56,459 nucleotides of DNA from a virus. Lineage: Duplodnaviria; Caudoviricetes. The DNA is taken from the IMG/VR virus record IMGVR_UViG_3300044617_001663, positions 1 through 56,459 of that record; one strand, given 5' to 3'. The notes below the pieces were generated by a model. That model searched no databases and was not told the DNA's origin. It saw only the letters and a program-made list of their open reading frames with translations. Positions 9,246 through 20,800 of this stretch are shown one piece after another. Made by a program: the position numbers and the translations under genes. How positions within the stretch are numbered: the first letter of the stretch is position 1; every line of letters starts with the position of its first letter.

Positions 9246-11573
9246 ATGGCAGAAATAGAACTAAAATCAATATTTAAAACTCAGTTAGCAACTAGTGTTG
9301 CAGAGTCTTTTTACTTAAATCCAAAAGTAAAAAGTTACATATTTGTTGGTAAAGTAGATTCTTGGGTTGAAAATCAAAATGATTCTATACCATCAGTGCC
9401 AATTCCTGAAGTTACAGATACCCTTCAAGAAGAACTAGATGCATGGAAAAACATGTTGGCATGTGCTCCCGTAGAAAGAAAAAATGTAAGTTTGGTTGTC
9501 AAAAGAAATAATTGGAAATTTGGTGAATACTACGATCAATATTCTCATGACGATGAAATATTCAACATGAGAAAATTTTATGTAATTACACCATCAAATC
9601 ATGTTTATAAATGTTTAAGCAACAATGGTGGATCTGTTTCAGAATTTGAACCTTATGGTACAAGTGTTGAGGAATTAATTCTTCCTGATGGTTATATTTG
9701 GAAATATCTTTATACTGTTAGAGAAGAATTATATCGCTTTTTAACTCCAGAATACATGCCTGTAGAAAATTTAGAACTTCTCAGTTACAATGATGATAGA
9801 CAAAATCAATTAAATGTTCAATTAACTGCTATAGATGGAAGCATAGAAAATATAGAATTAGTTTCTACTGGAAGCCCATATCCATTTACAATAGATGAAG
9901 AAACAGATGAAAATAATAGTGAAAATTATATAACTGAAATTGAAACGTTATCTGATGGTAGTTTTAGATTTTATCTGAATAATGTTGATTTACTTTCAGT
10001 TATGGATAATTTTTATAATGGGTATGTGTTATACATTTCAAGTGGATTTTTAGCAGGAAAAGTATTTGATATAGAAGAATATTCATATAATGATGGATCT
10101 CCTATCATTACTTTAAATTCTGATCAAATAACTTCAACAACATTTACTTTTAATAATAGACCATTTTTTAAGATATTGCCAAAAGTTACAATATTTGGAA
10201 ATGGAACAAATGCAAGTGCTATTGCAAGAATCAACAAAACAACTAAACAAATTAGTTCTTTTGAAATTTTGAATCCTGGTGCAAATTATCGATATGCTAC
10301 TGTAGAAGTTGTATTATATGATTTGATAACAAATGCAGAAAAAGTTGAAACAATAGGTAAAGTAATAATTTCTCCATATGGTGGTCATGGTAAAAATGCA
10401 ATATTTGATCTATTACCTAGACATGTAATGGTTAGCGTAAATCTTAGAGAGGCAGAAATAGAAGATATTGTAAATGAAAATGAATTTAGGCAATTTGGTA
10501 TACTTCAAAATCCTGTATTGAATGATGGTACTGAAAGATTGGCTGGAACAGAAATACCAGATCAGATAATGTTGCGCCTAAAAAATAAAAATGCCACAGT
10601 ATCAATTACATTTAGCGATACAACAGAGGAAATTCAAGATATTTTAACTTCTACTGAAATTGCCGGAGAACTTATAGAACAAGGATTGGAAACTTCACCC
10701 AATAGAGCAATCGGAAGAATAATAAGTTATACGCCTACCAGTTATAAGAGTGGAATATTGTTGGCAAATTTATTGAATGGAAGTTTTTCTACAAATTTAC
10801 TTGCCAATCCAATAACAGTTGAAGAAAAATATACGATTGATGAATCAAATACAATCAGTTTGATAACTAACGATAATTTTTATACCTCCAGTACATTCGA
10901 AGAAGGTAAAAAAATCTTAGCATATACTACAAATTCAACGGCAGAGATACAAAAATCAGTTATTACAAATAATTCAGGAACTGCATGTAAAGTTTATTTG
11001 AAAAACATAAAAGGAAATTTTCAAGAATCATACTATAATTCTGTAGGTGAACTTATTAATGGTGAACTAGTTGTAAGCTATGATTATATTGATTCAAATA
11101 CTGGTCAATTAGTTTCTGCAAATGATATATTAGAATCAGTATCATACGTTGTTGATAGCGAAAAACAAAACTACGAAGCCTCTGTAAATAATTATAGAAC
11201 AACTACATTATTAACAATTAATTGGAATAATTATACAAATTTAATAAATTATGAAAAAGACGCAGTAGTGTATCAAGATTTAAACGACGGAACCAAAGCC
11301 ATGGGAACTGTAGTTTCTTGGACAGTAACAGATGAAAATAACAAATTAGGAAGACTAGAAATCACCAATGTTACTGGTCAATTTACAACTTCTTCCGAAG
11401 ATTTGGCTATAAAAACAGTCAATGATACCAATACGGACATTTCGGAACTAGTTTCAATAATAGAACCGGAGTTAATACCATTTTCTGGAAAAATTACATA
11501 TATACAAAATGTAAGACCTGTATTGAAAACTAGTGATCAAGACGAAGAAATTAAGATATTAATAGGATTCTGA
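9246..11573 (+). CDS. gp8: Baseplate wedge subunit gp8 (expanded)
   Basis: FYVIT...VYKCLSNNGG...EP...DGYIWKYLYT...FLTPEYMPV; ISPYGGHG; FRQFGILQNP; C-terminal SGKITYIQN.RPV...DQDEEIKILIGF. Confidence 0.85.
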   Translation: MAEIELKSIFKTQLATSVAESFYLNPKVKSYIFVGKVDSWVENQNDSIPSVPIPEVTDTLQEELDAWKNMLACAPVERKNVSLVVKRNNWKFGEYYDQYSHDDEIFNMRKFYVITPSNHVYKCLSNNGGSVSEFEPYGTSVEELILPDGYIWKYLYTVREELYRFLTPEYMPVENLELLSYNDDRQNQLNVQLTAIDGSIENIELVSTGSPYPFTIDEETDENNSENYITEIETLSDGSFRFYLNNVDLLSVMDNFYNGYVLYISSGFLAGKVFDIEEYSYNDGSPIITLNSDQITSTTFTFNNRPFFKILPKVTIFGNGTNASAIARINKTTKQISSFEILNPGANYRYATVEVVLYDLITNAEKVETIGKVIISPYGGHGKNAIFDLLPRHVMVSVNLREAEIEDIVNENEFRQFGILQNPVLNDGTERLAGTEIPDQIMLRLKNKNATVSITFSDTTEEIQDILTSTEIAGELIEQGLETSPNRAIGRIISYTPTSYKSGILLANLLNGSFSTNLLANPITVEEKYTIDESNTISLITNDNFYTSSTFEEGKKILAYTTNSTAEIQKSVITNNSGTACKVYLKNIKGNFQESYYNSVGELINGELVVSYDYIDSNTGQLVSANDILESVSYVVDSEKQNYEASVNNYRTTTLLTINWNNYTNLINYEKDAVVYQDLNDGTKAMGTVVSWTVTDENNKLGRLEITNVTGQFTTSSEDLAIKTVNDTNTDISELVSIIEPELIPFSGKITYIQNVRPVLKTSDQDEEIKILIGF

Positions 11574-11583
11574 GGAGAAATAA

Positions 11584-14500
11584 ATGGCTTATAAGCACAA
11601 TGATTTGTTGAGTTTAAATCCTTATTTTGATGATTTTGACGATACAAAGAAATTTTTAAGAATTCTATTCAAACCTGGTTATTCGGTACAGGCTAGAGAA
11701 CTTACTCAATTACAAACTTTACTCCAAGACCAATTATCAAAATTGGGAAGTCATATATTTGAAGATGGTAGTCAAGTATTTGGTGGTGGTGTATCTTTAT
11801 CAAAGGCAAATTATCTAAGAGTAAAAGGAACTGCTACTTCTTCAGATCCTGTAAATTCAGATTTAACTTATTTTAAAAATAAAATTATACAAAAAACATC
11901 TTCAACTTCAATCAAAGCAAAAGTTGTCGAGGTCTTAACTCCAACAGAAGAAGATCCATTTACTATTTTTATATTACAATATTTAACTGGCACTGAATTT
12001 ACTGCCGGTGATACAATTTCAGTTGAAACACTAGAAAGTACATTCGTATCGTCTGGATTTACTGTAGCAACAAGATCCGAAATTGATTTCTATCAAAATA
12101 GTGATACTAGTTTTGGAAATACTTTAGTTGGTATTTCTGGTATAGCACACACTATAACTGTTGATGATGGAATATTTTATATTGATGGATTTTTTGTAAA
12201 ATCAACAAAACAATCAATTTCATTATTTAAATTATCAAAAGAAGATGATAATGAATTTGTTGATGATGTACAATATACTTTCAGCACTAGTGGAGTTCGT
12301 GTATTCTCATCCCCAACCAACAGAGTTGGATTTTCAATAGTAAGAAAAGCAGTAACATCAGATGAAGATTTAACACTTAAAGATCCTGCAAATGGTTCTT
12401 ACAATTTCAATGCTCCGGGTGCAGACAGATATGTAATAGATTTAGATATCCATAGTTTAGCATTCAGCAATATCGAAACAGATACTTCTTACTTAGTAAC
12501 TGAAGATTTTATAGAACTTGCTAGAATAGTTGAAGGAAAACTTGATTTTATCAGAAGAATTCCTTCATACTCTGATTTGCTTGAGGTATTCGCAAGAAGA
12601 ACATATGATGAATCTGGAAACTATACTGTAAAACCATTTACTCTAGAAGTTTATAATCATCTAAGAAAAGATAGATTTGTATTAGATCTAGTTTCCAAAG
12701 AAGAAATTCAAACAAATAACAATGCCATCAATTCTCCTTATCTTCCAATACCTGGAGATATTGTTCAATATAAAGAAGTAGAACCGGGGGCAGGCACAGT
12801 AGTAAAACAAGGAAGAATAATTTCAGTTGTAAAACTATCTAATAATCAACAAAATTCAACTGGAACTCTTGATGATATAATTTATAGAACAACAGTAAAA
12901 CTATTAGATAATACAACTCAACCATTTGAAATTAATGATCTAGTAACTTTATACGCATCTTTAGATGATACTACAAATGGTCCTGAAAATTCATCATATA
13001 ATGAAACTGTATATCAAGTTGAAAAAGTTGTAATCGACAGAGATGAAAGAGGAGCATATTCCAATTTAGAGGGTGCAACCCCTTCTGGCGATGACAACAA
13101 AATGGTTCTATCTGTCCAACCAGGAAAGGCATATGTATTTGGTTACGAATTTGAAACTATAAATTCAACAAACATATCAGTAGATAAGCCAAGAGAATTG
13201 GCATCTTTGAATGGTTATAATTTACCATCAAATATTGGTAATTATATGATGATTAAGGCAGAATCTTCAACTACTGGTTATCAATTCCCATTCTGGGGAA
13301 GAAAATTAGATCAAACATCAGGGTTGAATACATTATCTAGCGCAGAATTGGACAAGATTTATTTTGGTGCAAATTACAAGAGAATAACAATACCATATCA
13401 ACAAGATTTGTTTGCAACTCTTCCAGTAAAATATTGGTCGCCTTTGACTGCAATAGAGAGAAGCAACACTTGGGATAGCATTCTATTTGTATCATGTGCA
13501 TCTCAATTTAATTCCGATCCTCAATTAACATATGCACAAGATTGTGGAGATTTAGTTAAAACTGATGATCTTGAGGATTCAGACGGAACACTACCAGACA
13601 GATTCTCAAGACCTCAATCAGTAGAAGTAGAGATAGCAAAAAATATAGGTCAGGACAATGGTTCTAAGACTTACTATACCATGTCTGATATGTCTCCACA
13701 AACAGAATCAAATATCTCAAGATTGATGTTCACTGAACCTTATCATGGAGATTATGACGTAGCATACGTTCCAGATTTGCCGCAAACTATCACCGATACT
13801 GAATTGGCAGATGATTTTTATCTTGATGATGAAAAATATAGTGTATATCAAATTTTGAATTATTCTTCAAACAATACGCCAAATAGCATCAGAATAAGAA
13901 AAGGAAAAGCAGTGCGTTGGGTTCCTGCTTCTCCTCTTGGAGTTCAAACAAACAGTTCTCTCTTCATCAAGACAAGTTCTGGAAGTGATGCTCATGCATT
14001 TGGTGATGATGATCAAAATTATAATTTTAATATTGATGGTGGAGTTGTATTCCAAAATAGACAATCCGGAATTGTTGCAAATGCGATGCTTTCTTATGGT
14101 AGCAGCGTAAAAAGAATTTCACCAGTTGAAAACATTATAAAAATAACATTCACTAGTTATAACCCAGAATGTTTTGGTTCTTCTGATGAATGCAATACAG
14201 GTTCTTTCTCTGAGGGAGAAATTGTCACTCAACAATACAAAAGAAGAATAACCACAGATGATTATGAAGATGTAACAGCAAGAGGAGAAATTGTTGCTGT
14301 TAGCGTTCCTAACAATCCAACAAATTATGCAGGGTCTTCTAAACTCGTAGTTTACGTATCCACTGTTGGTGTTGATGACTTTGAGGAAAAGATTCAAACA
14401 CCAGTTGAGGATTATACTGGAACTGTCAATGATGTTTATGACATCAAAAATGTTGGTCCTGTAATCGGAAGTTGCGGTTGCTATGATGTAGAAAAAATAG

Positions 14501-17500
14501 AAGTATTGAATGGTGCTGATTGTGGTAGATTGATATTGGTAGAATTCAGAGAACCCGGTCAATTTGGAAATTATATTCCCGGAGCAGATGTTTATCAATA
14601 CAATATTTCAGAAATTCAAGATATTTTAGCAAATCCTGGATATGATTTTGCAATACAATCTTCGCTAGCTTTATCTGTAGGAAAAGTTGTAAAGTGGAAT
14701 TCCGGAAGTTCTATTCTTTATATTCTAGAAACAAGAAATAGATTTAAGATAGAGAATGGTATCATATATCAACTTGAAGGGACAGATGGCGAAGTAACAA
14801 TACCTGCTGTAAGATACGGCGGTAGGGGCTGGAATCGTTCAAAGAACATATTTGTCGAATCAAGCAATAATTACATTCCTGGTGGCGACAGTTCAGGAGA
14901 AGCAGGATATATTGAAAAAGTACAAGGCATCTTTATCAATATTAAACAACAATATCAAGCAGGAAAAGACTTCCTAGAGTATAAGGGAGTTGGAGAACTT
15001 ACTTCAGCATATCTCGCAAAACAAGTATACTCTCTTTCTGCCGATAATTATGTGCCTGGAAATGATTTCATAATTGGTGAACAAGTAAGACAAGAGCATT
15101 TAAATGTAAATACACTTGATGCTCCTTCTTTCTTCTCAACTGGAATAATTAGAGCTTGGAAGCACAGAGATCCTAATAATCCAGTAGATGATAGTCCAAC
15201 TATAATTCTAATTGAAAGAACAAATGACTTTGATTTTGCAGTAGGACCAAACAAAAAACCAGTAGTATCTGTAAATACTGGCGTATCATACAAAACCAGT
15301 CTGCTTGGTACAAAAATAGAAGATGAATTCATAGGAGAAGCAAGATTTAAGCAACTTGGAAGACAAACTCCAGAAGAATATAGACTGTTCTTTATGGATT
15401 CCAAGATGTATAATATTTTAGATACAAATGACAAATACCTCTTAGCAGAAACTAAGACAGTATATATTCTAGAAAATGAGAAATTTAAGAATTCATTCTA
15501 TAAGAAAATAGCAGATGTACATCCAGACCATAGAATTGTTGATACAAATAATGTAGGAAAAACAACAATTTATGATAGAGAGTCAAATTCTCTTCTATTC
15601 CCAATTCCAATTGGAGATGTAATCAAATCTGTATATGATATGGATTATAGAGTTCAAAAAGAAATATATCCAGATGAAGGTTCAAATTCTAAGAAATTGA
15701 CATTCACAGTAACTGGAACTAATTATCAATTTGTTGGTGGAAAATTAAATGGAAAAGTAGAAGCCACAGATTTATATGAACATTATATTTTGATTGAAGA
15801 GCCAGTAACAATTAAAGATTCTGCAAGAATTATTGATTTAATTACACAAAATTACTTGATTAAAACAAATAATTCAAATCCAGAATCGACTTCTTTTGCT
15901 CAACTGACTATTGAAAATATTAGTGGTAATTCATCTTTTGATTTTGATATCAATAATAAGAAATATCGCTTATATGCTACAATTGAGGTAGATCCAACAA
16001 ATTCTGTAAATGATTACAGAAGAAAAGTTGAAGAAAGATATTTCAATTCAGATGGTAATGCTTATTATGAGACTCAAATAAGGAAAGATGAAAATGGAAA
16101 TTATTACGGAATAATTCCAATCTCAGACGTTATTGAGATCGATAATATTGATTATTCAAACAATAACATAACAGATATTTTTGAATTTGACAATGGACAA
16201 ACAGATAATCTTTATGATTTTGCAAAAATTAAATTGAAGAAAGAATTTGAACTAGAATACTCATATCTTGAAAATAATACAGTTAAAGTATTCTTTAGGT
16301 ACTATAAGCATGTTGGTACTGGTCCATTCATTGTAAATTCGTACTCATCACTGAATGAGATTCCTCTTTATACGAGTCCATCAACGGGAAGTATTTACAG
16401 GCTAGATTCTTTTGTCGATTTCCGTCCTGTAAAGAAATTGAAATCTGATGCAGAATCTGTAGAGGACTATGAATTTGAATTCTTCGGAATTCCAAAGGCA
16501 TCGGAATCTTTCAATATTGATTATGATTATTATCTTGCTAGAAATTATAAATTAATGCTAACAAGAAATAAGAAATTCAAGATTGTAAACGGTCCTTCAT
16601 CCTTGGTCCCACAATTGCCAAGCGATGAAGAAAATTCAATGACATTGTTCAATATCGAATGTCCTCCATACGTATTTGACTGCAAGCAATGCAATATCAC
16701 AAATATAGATCATCAACGATATACAATGAAAGATATTGCAAATCTTGAAAAGAGAATTTCAAATATTGAGGAATTTGTCAAACTCAGCAATCTTGAAAAA
16801 GAAGCACAAACCACATTTGTTGATGATAGATTCAAGTCAGCAATTATAGTTGATGATTATTCAAGTCATAAAGTTGGTGAAATCAATAATACTGACTATA
16901 ACGTTTCAGTAGATTTTGACGAAAACACTTTAAGACCTCCAACTAGAACTTCAAATGTTGATTTGGAAGTAGACATAACAGAATCACAAAATATAAAATT
17001 GTCTGATAACTTTGTCACTTTAAATTACACAACTTCCTTGTTTGAGCAAAAACAACCATATGGCACATCAGAAATGATTGTAAACAGTGGAGATGTCATT
17101 CAATGGATTGGTAATATGAAGTTGTCTCCAAATTCAGATTCTTGGTTTGATAACAAAATTGCACCAGATGTTATTAGTAATAATAATGGTACAAATGATA
17201 TAATGTACAAAAATCCAAGAATAAGCAAAGATCTCATTCAACAATTAGAAAAGAAATATGATTATTGGACTTCTCTCTGGAAAGGAAAACCACTTCCAAA
17301 AGAAGCAAATGAACTTAAGAATTTCATAACGATGCTCAAGGGTGAGGCTTTAGTTGTCCCACAACCAAATGACAAAATAGTTTGGAAACGAGTATCTGTA
17401 CAATTAGAGCCAACTATTATTCGATCAACAAGAAAAGGAACTATTTACGAAGCAAATAGAAAAACATATTCTATACCAGTAAGAGTTCCATCAACTGATG

Positions 17501-19161
17501 TTATAGTTGATAAAAGTGTTGTTCCATTCATGAGAACAAGAGACATCACCGTAAATGCAACAGGAATGAAGCCAAACTGCAGAGTGTATGCATTCTTTGA
17601 CAATATCAGCGTCGATGATAATTGCACTCAAGCAAATGCAGTTGTGGTTGGAAATCTTCAAACAAATTCATTTGGGGAGATTCAATTCACATTCAAGATT
17701 CCAGAAGGTAAGTTCAGAACTGGAGAAAAACTACTAGTAATAACAGATAGTTCAACAAATAATCCAAATAATGCCACAACAATTGCTGAAGCAATTTACA
17801 ATTCTAGTGGTGTAACTCAGAATAAGTCTGATCTTTATCTTTCTACTCGTCTTGCAAAGAAAGCAGCAGCAAACATCTCATATGATGAGATGGATCCCAT
17901 GGCTCAAACCTTCTTTGTAGATGAAGCAACTTATCCAAATGGAATTTTTGTAGATTCTGTAGTATTGTTCTTCTCAAGCAAGGATACAAATTTACCAATA
18001 ACATTGGAATTGCGTCCAGTCAACAGTGGAGTTCCATCATCAGGTAAGAACCTATTAGTATATCCTGGTGCTTCTGTAACATTGAATCCAGATTCAATTA
18101 CAACTACAACTATTCCAAGTTTGGTAAATTCAAATGGTTCAACTATATTTAAATTTGATCATCCAATACACTTGTTGCCCGGAGAACATGCAATAGTTCT
18201 CAAGACAAATAGCGCAAATTACAAAGTTTATGTTGCTATTCCCGGACAAACAGTTATTGAATCTGGAAGTTTATTGACAAACAATGCATATAAAGGTTCA
18301 TTCTACAAGCCTCAAAATGCGTCACAATGGACTCCAGATCAAGATACAGATCTGATGTTTGGTATTCAAAAATGTTCATTCGAAACAACAGGACAGGTAA
18401 TATTCAAAGAATCTTCAAATAATGATTCTTTGGTTGAATATGATTTATTCAATCTTACATGCCCAAATATTAATTTCGACAAGAACATTTCCTTCAAGAT
18501 CAAGACCATGAAGAAAGATTCTAATACTCTTGATTCTGAATATACTGAAATAGTTCCAGAAATTAATATATCACAAAGACAAACCAAGATTGCCAAAAAC
18601 AATGGTCAAAGCGTCAAGGTGAGAGTTGATTTGGAATCAGATGGAATTGTATCCCCAATTTTTGATGTTGATCGAATCAACATGATTGCAGTCAAGAATC
18701 TTATCGATTCAAACGATACAGTAGATAAGACCAGTGTAAATTACAACGGAGAATTGAATCCCAAAGGCAATGCACCGGAGAAGTCACCAAATGGAACTGT
18801 AGACACTCCAAGAGTTCGTTACATTAGCAAATTGGTTACCCTTGAAGAGGGAATTGATGCAAATAATGTAAATGTAATTTTGGATGTAAATAAGCCAGAG
18901 GGAACAAACATCCAAGTATTTGTTAAATGGCAAGGAGCAGGAAAAGACGCTTCGTTTGATGACGAGCCATATTATCAATTAATACCTGATAAGAAGGATC
19001 TCATAACTTATGATTCCAACACATATGAATCTGTAAAATATACTTTACCAGAAGATACAAAGGAATCTTTTGTTAAATTCTCAATAAAGATATGTCTATA
19101 CTCCTCTAATTCATCAATTGTTCCAACAGTCAAGAATATGAAAGTGATTGCAGTCGTATGA
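11584..19161 (+). CDS. Large virion/baseplate structural protein (VrlC / DUF4815-like)
   Basis: PYFDDFD..K.F.RILFKPGYSVQARELTQLQTLLQDQ; APGADRY; ARRTYDESGNYTVKPF; RYTMKDI..LEKRI; DPMAQTF. Confidence 0.85.
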   Translation: MAYKHNDLLSLNPYFDDFDDTKKFLRILFKPGYSVQARELTQLQTLLQDQLSKLGSHIFEDGSQVFGGGVSLSKANYLRVKGTATSSDPVNSDLTYFKNKIIQKTSSTSIKAKVVEVLTPTEEDPFTIFILQYLTGTEFTAGDTISVETLESTFVSSGFTVATRSEIDFYQNSDTSFGNTLVGISGIAHTITVDDGIFYIDGFFVKSTKQSISLFKLSKEDDNEFVDDVQYTFSTSGVRVFSSPTNRVGFSIVRKAVTSDEDLTLKDPANGSYNFNAPGADRYVIDLDIHSLAFSNIETDTSYLVTEDFIELARIVEGKLDFIRRIPSYSDLLEVFARRTYDESGNYTVKPFTLEVYNHLRKDRFVLDLVSKEEIQTNNNAINSPYLPIPGDIVQYKEVEPGAGTVVKQGRIISVVKLSNNQQNSTGTLDDIIYRTTVKLLDNTTQPFEINDLVTLYASLDDTTNGPENSSYNETVYQVEKVVIDRDERGAYSNLEGATPSGDDNKMVLSVQPGKAYVFGYEFETINSTNISVDKPRELASLNGYNLPSNIGNYMMIKAESSTTGYQFPFWGRKLDQTSGLNTLSSAELDKIYFGANYKRITIPYQQDLFATLPVKYWSPLTAIERSNTWDSILFVSCASQFNSDPQLTYAQDCGDLVKTDDLEDSDGTLPDRFSRPQSVEVEIAKNIGQDNGSKTYYTMSDMSPQTESNISRLMFTEPYHGDYDVAYVPDLPQTITDTELADDFYLDDEKYSVYQILNYSSNNTPNSIRIRKGKAVRWVPASPLGVQTNSSLFIKTSSGSDAHAFGDDDQNYNFNIDGGVVFQNRQSGIVANAMLSYGSSVKRISPVENIIKITFTSYNPECFGSSDECNTGSFSEGEIVTQQYKRRITTDDYEDVTARGEIVAVSVPNNPTNYAGSSKLVVYVSTVGVDDFEEKIQTPVEDYTGTVNDVYDIKNVGPVIGSCGCYDVEKIEVLNGADCGRLILVEFREPGQFGNYIPGADVYQYNISEIQDILANPGYDFAIQSSLALSVGKVVKWNSGSSILYILETRNRFKIENGIIYQLEGTDGEVTIPAVRYGGRGWNRSKNIFVESSNNYIPGGDSSGEAGYIEKVQGIFINIKQQYQAGKDFLEYKGVGELTSAYLAKQVYSLSADNYVPGNDFIIGEQVRQEHLNVNTLDAPSFFSTGIIRAWKHRDPNNPVDDSPTIILIERTNDFDFAVGPNKKPVVSVNTGVSYKTSLLGTKIEDEFIGEARFKQLGRQTPEEYRLFFMDSKMYNILDTNDKYLLAETKTVYILENEKFKNSFYKKIADVHPDHRIVDTNNVGKTTIYDRESNSLLFPIPIGDVIKSVYDMDYRVQKEIYPDEGSNSKKLTFTVTGTNYQFVGGKLNGKVEATDLYEHYILIEEPVTIKDSARIIDLITQNYLIKTNNSNPESTSFAQLTIENISGNSSFDFDINNKKYRLYATIEVDPTNSVNDYRRKVEERYFNSDGNAYYETQIRKDENGNYYGIIPISDVIEIDNIDYSNNNITDIFEFDNGQTDNLYDFAKIKLKKEFELEYSYLENNTVKVFFRYYKHVGTGPFIVNSYSSLNEIPLYTSPSTGSIYRLDSFVDFRPVKKLKSDAESVEDYEFEFFGIPKASESFNIDYDYYLARNYKLMLTRNKKFKIVNGPSSLVPQLPSDEENSMTLFNIECPPYVFDCKQCNITNIDHQRYTMKDIANLEKRISNIEEFVKLSNLEKEAQTTFVDDRFKSAIIVDDYSSHKVGEINNTDYNVSVDFDENTLRPPTRTSNVDLEVDITESQNIKLSDNFVTLNYTTSLFEQKQPYGTSEMIVNSGDVIQWIGNMKLSPNSDSWFDNKIAPDVISNNNGTNDIMYKNPRISKDLIQQLEKKYDYWTSLWKGKPLPKEANELKNFITMLKGEALVVPQPNDKIVWKRVSVQLEPTIIRSTRKGTIYEANRKTYSIPVRVPSTDVIVDKSVVPFMRTRDITVNATGMKPNCRVYAFFDNISVDDNCTQANAVVVGNLQTNSFGEIQFTFKIPEGKFRTGEKLLVITDSSTNNPNNATTIAEAIYNSSGVTQNKSDLYLSTRLAKKAAANISYDEMDPMAQTFFVDEATYPNGIFVDSVVLFFSSKDTNLPITLELRPVNSGVPSSGKNLLVYPGASVTLNPDSITTTTIPSLVNSNGSTIFKFDHPIHLLPGEHAIVLKTNSANYKVYVAIPGQTVIESGSLLTNNAYKGSFYKPQNASQWTPDQDTDLMFGIQKCSFETTGQVIFKESSNNDSLVEYDLFNLTCPNINFDKNISFKIKTMKKDSNTLDSEYTEIVPEINISQRQTKIAKNNGQSVKVRVDLESDGIVSPIFDVDRINMIAVKNLIDSNDTVDKTSVNYNGELNPKGNAPEKSPNGTVDTPRVRYISKLVTLEEGIDANNVNVILDVNKPEGTNIQVFVKWQGAGKDASFDDEPYYQLIPDKKDLITYDSNTYESVKYTLPEDTKESFVKFSIKICLYSSNSSIVPTVKNMKVIAVV

Positions 19162-19379
19162 ATTCCAAGATGAAAGTAGAAGGATTTGGTGATTTATATA
19201 AAGATAAATATTCAGGAGCAATTCTGAATTGCAATAAAGAAGCATATTATTCTGCAAAAAACAAAAAAGAGACATTAAATAAAATAAACAAATTAGAGGA
19301 AGAAATAACAAATCTTAAAAGTACGAATGAAGAAATAAAAAACATGTTAAAGATTTTGTTAGAGAGAAATAACCCATGA
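19158..19379 (+). CDS. Small coiled-coil protein
   Basis: KVEG..DLYKD..SGAILN plus a heptad C-terminus; commonly follows the VrlC-like gene in T4-like phages. Confidence 0.6.
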   Translation: MNSKMKVEGFGDLYKDKYSGAILNCNKEAYYSAKNKKETLNKINKLEEEITNLKSTNEEIKNMLKILLERNNP

Positions 19380-20782
19380 GTACTGAACCATTAAGCGATA
19401 CCATACAACCGTTGACATTAACAGATACAGTTTATACTTGGTATAACACTACGAATGAAATTATTAATCTCGTAAATCCTCTTAATATTTACGATGTTAT
19501 TCCTGAAAATGGCATAACTTCCAGTCGTAGTGGAATATCAGATGGAATATTAACTTTTTCTGTTAATTTAAAATCTGACGGTGGTTTAAATTTTGAAGGT
19601 GGGGGGTCGATATCTCTATCTACGGCTAATATTTTAAAAGAATCATTTTCAACTTCTAGTTCATATAAATTCTTTGCTGAAGATTCTTCTGGAACCATAA
19701 AAGCAGTTACATTTGATTTGAATGAAGGAAAAGGAATTGATTTTATAGATAATACCAATTCCTTGACGATTGGAATAGATTCCAGCGTTGTAACTTTAAC
19801 TGATACACAGACACTTACAAACAAATCATTTGTTGCTCCAAAAATTGTAAATGATATAAGTCCATCTGGAAGTATTACTTTATTAGCTCCTGCTGGTATA
19901 GGTTCATATAATTTAACATTACCCAGCAATTTCGGTGGGGCAGGACAATATTTAAAATCATTAGGAAATGGAACTTTGGCGTGGGACACTCCTTCAGGTG
20001 GAACAGGCGGTGGAATATTAAATATTATAGCAGAATCTGGAACAACTTTTGTAAATTTAAGTACACAGAATTTAAGTTTTCAAGGTGATACTGGTATCAA
20101 TACTACAGCAAGTGTAGTAGGTGGCACTCCTAGAGTGGTAATTGGAATAGATAACACAGTAGTGACCCTTGCTAAAACACAAACGTTAAAAGAAAAAACA
20201 TTAGAAGAACCAAAAATAAAAAATATAAGTGCACAATACACTATTACTTTAAAACCTAGTATAGCACAAGAATCTAATTATACTCTAACATTACCCACAA
20301 CAGATGGTGATAGTGGTCAATATTTAAAAACAGATGGATCAGGAGTTTTATCTTGGGATACTCCCTCTGGTGGTGGAGTTACTTCTTTTACCATTAAATC
20401 TGATAGTCAAACTGCAACTTTCAATGCTTCTTCTGAGGCATTACAATTTGTAGGAGGAATTGGATTAAATACTTCTTTGAGTTTATCTGGTTCAGATAGA
20501 AAAGTTACGATAGATTTGGACACATCCGGAAGTACATTTACCGATGGAAATAATTTAACTGTATCTTTCCCGGGCGGAAATACAGTTAGGTATTCTCTTG
20601 ATACTGTTGTTACTGATATTACCTTAAGTAATTCTTTATTTACTAATATAAATTATCTTTACTCAGATATCACTGGTAATACTGGACCTCTATATACTCT
20701 TATGGATTCTGATTGGGATGAAACACAAACAGAAGATGGACATATAGTAGGCCAATTGGTTCTTGTTCCTTTTGCAAATTAA
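19376..20782 (+). CDS. Tail fibre with a duplicated internal module
   Basis: N-terminal 'TDTVYTWYNTTNEII' anchor-like motif; two copies of 'VVTL..TQTL..K...P...Y.LTLP...G..GQYLK..G.G.L.WDTPSGG'. Confidence 0.7.
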   Translation: MSTEPLSDTIQPLTLTDTVYTWYNTTNEIINLVNPLNIYDVIPENGITSSRSGISDGILTFSVNLKSDGGLNFEGGGSISLSTANILKESFSTSSSYKFFAEDSSGTIKAVTFDLNEGKGIDFIDNTNSLTIGIDSSVVTLTDTQTLTNKSFVAPKIVNDISPSGSITLLAPAGIGSYNLTLPSNFGGAGQYLKSLGNGTLAWDTPSGGTGGGILNIIAESGTTFVNLSTQNLSFQGDTGINTTASVVGGTPRVVIGIDNTVVTLAKTQTLKEKTLEEPKIKNISAQYTITLKPSIAQESNYTLTLPTTDGDSGQYLKTDGSGVLSWDTPSGGGVTSFTIKSDSQTATFNASSEALQFVGGIGLNTSLSLSGSDRKVTIDLDTSGSTFTDGNNLTVSFPGGNTVRYSLDTVVTDITLSNSLFTNINYLYSDITGNTGPLYTLMDSDWDETQTEDGHIVGQLVLVPFAN

Positions 20783-20800
20783 TGTTAGGATTTTTATATC

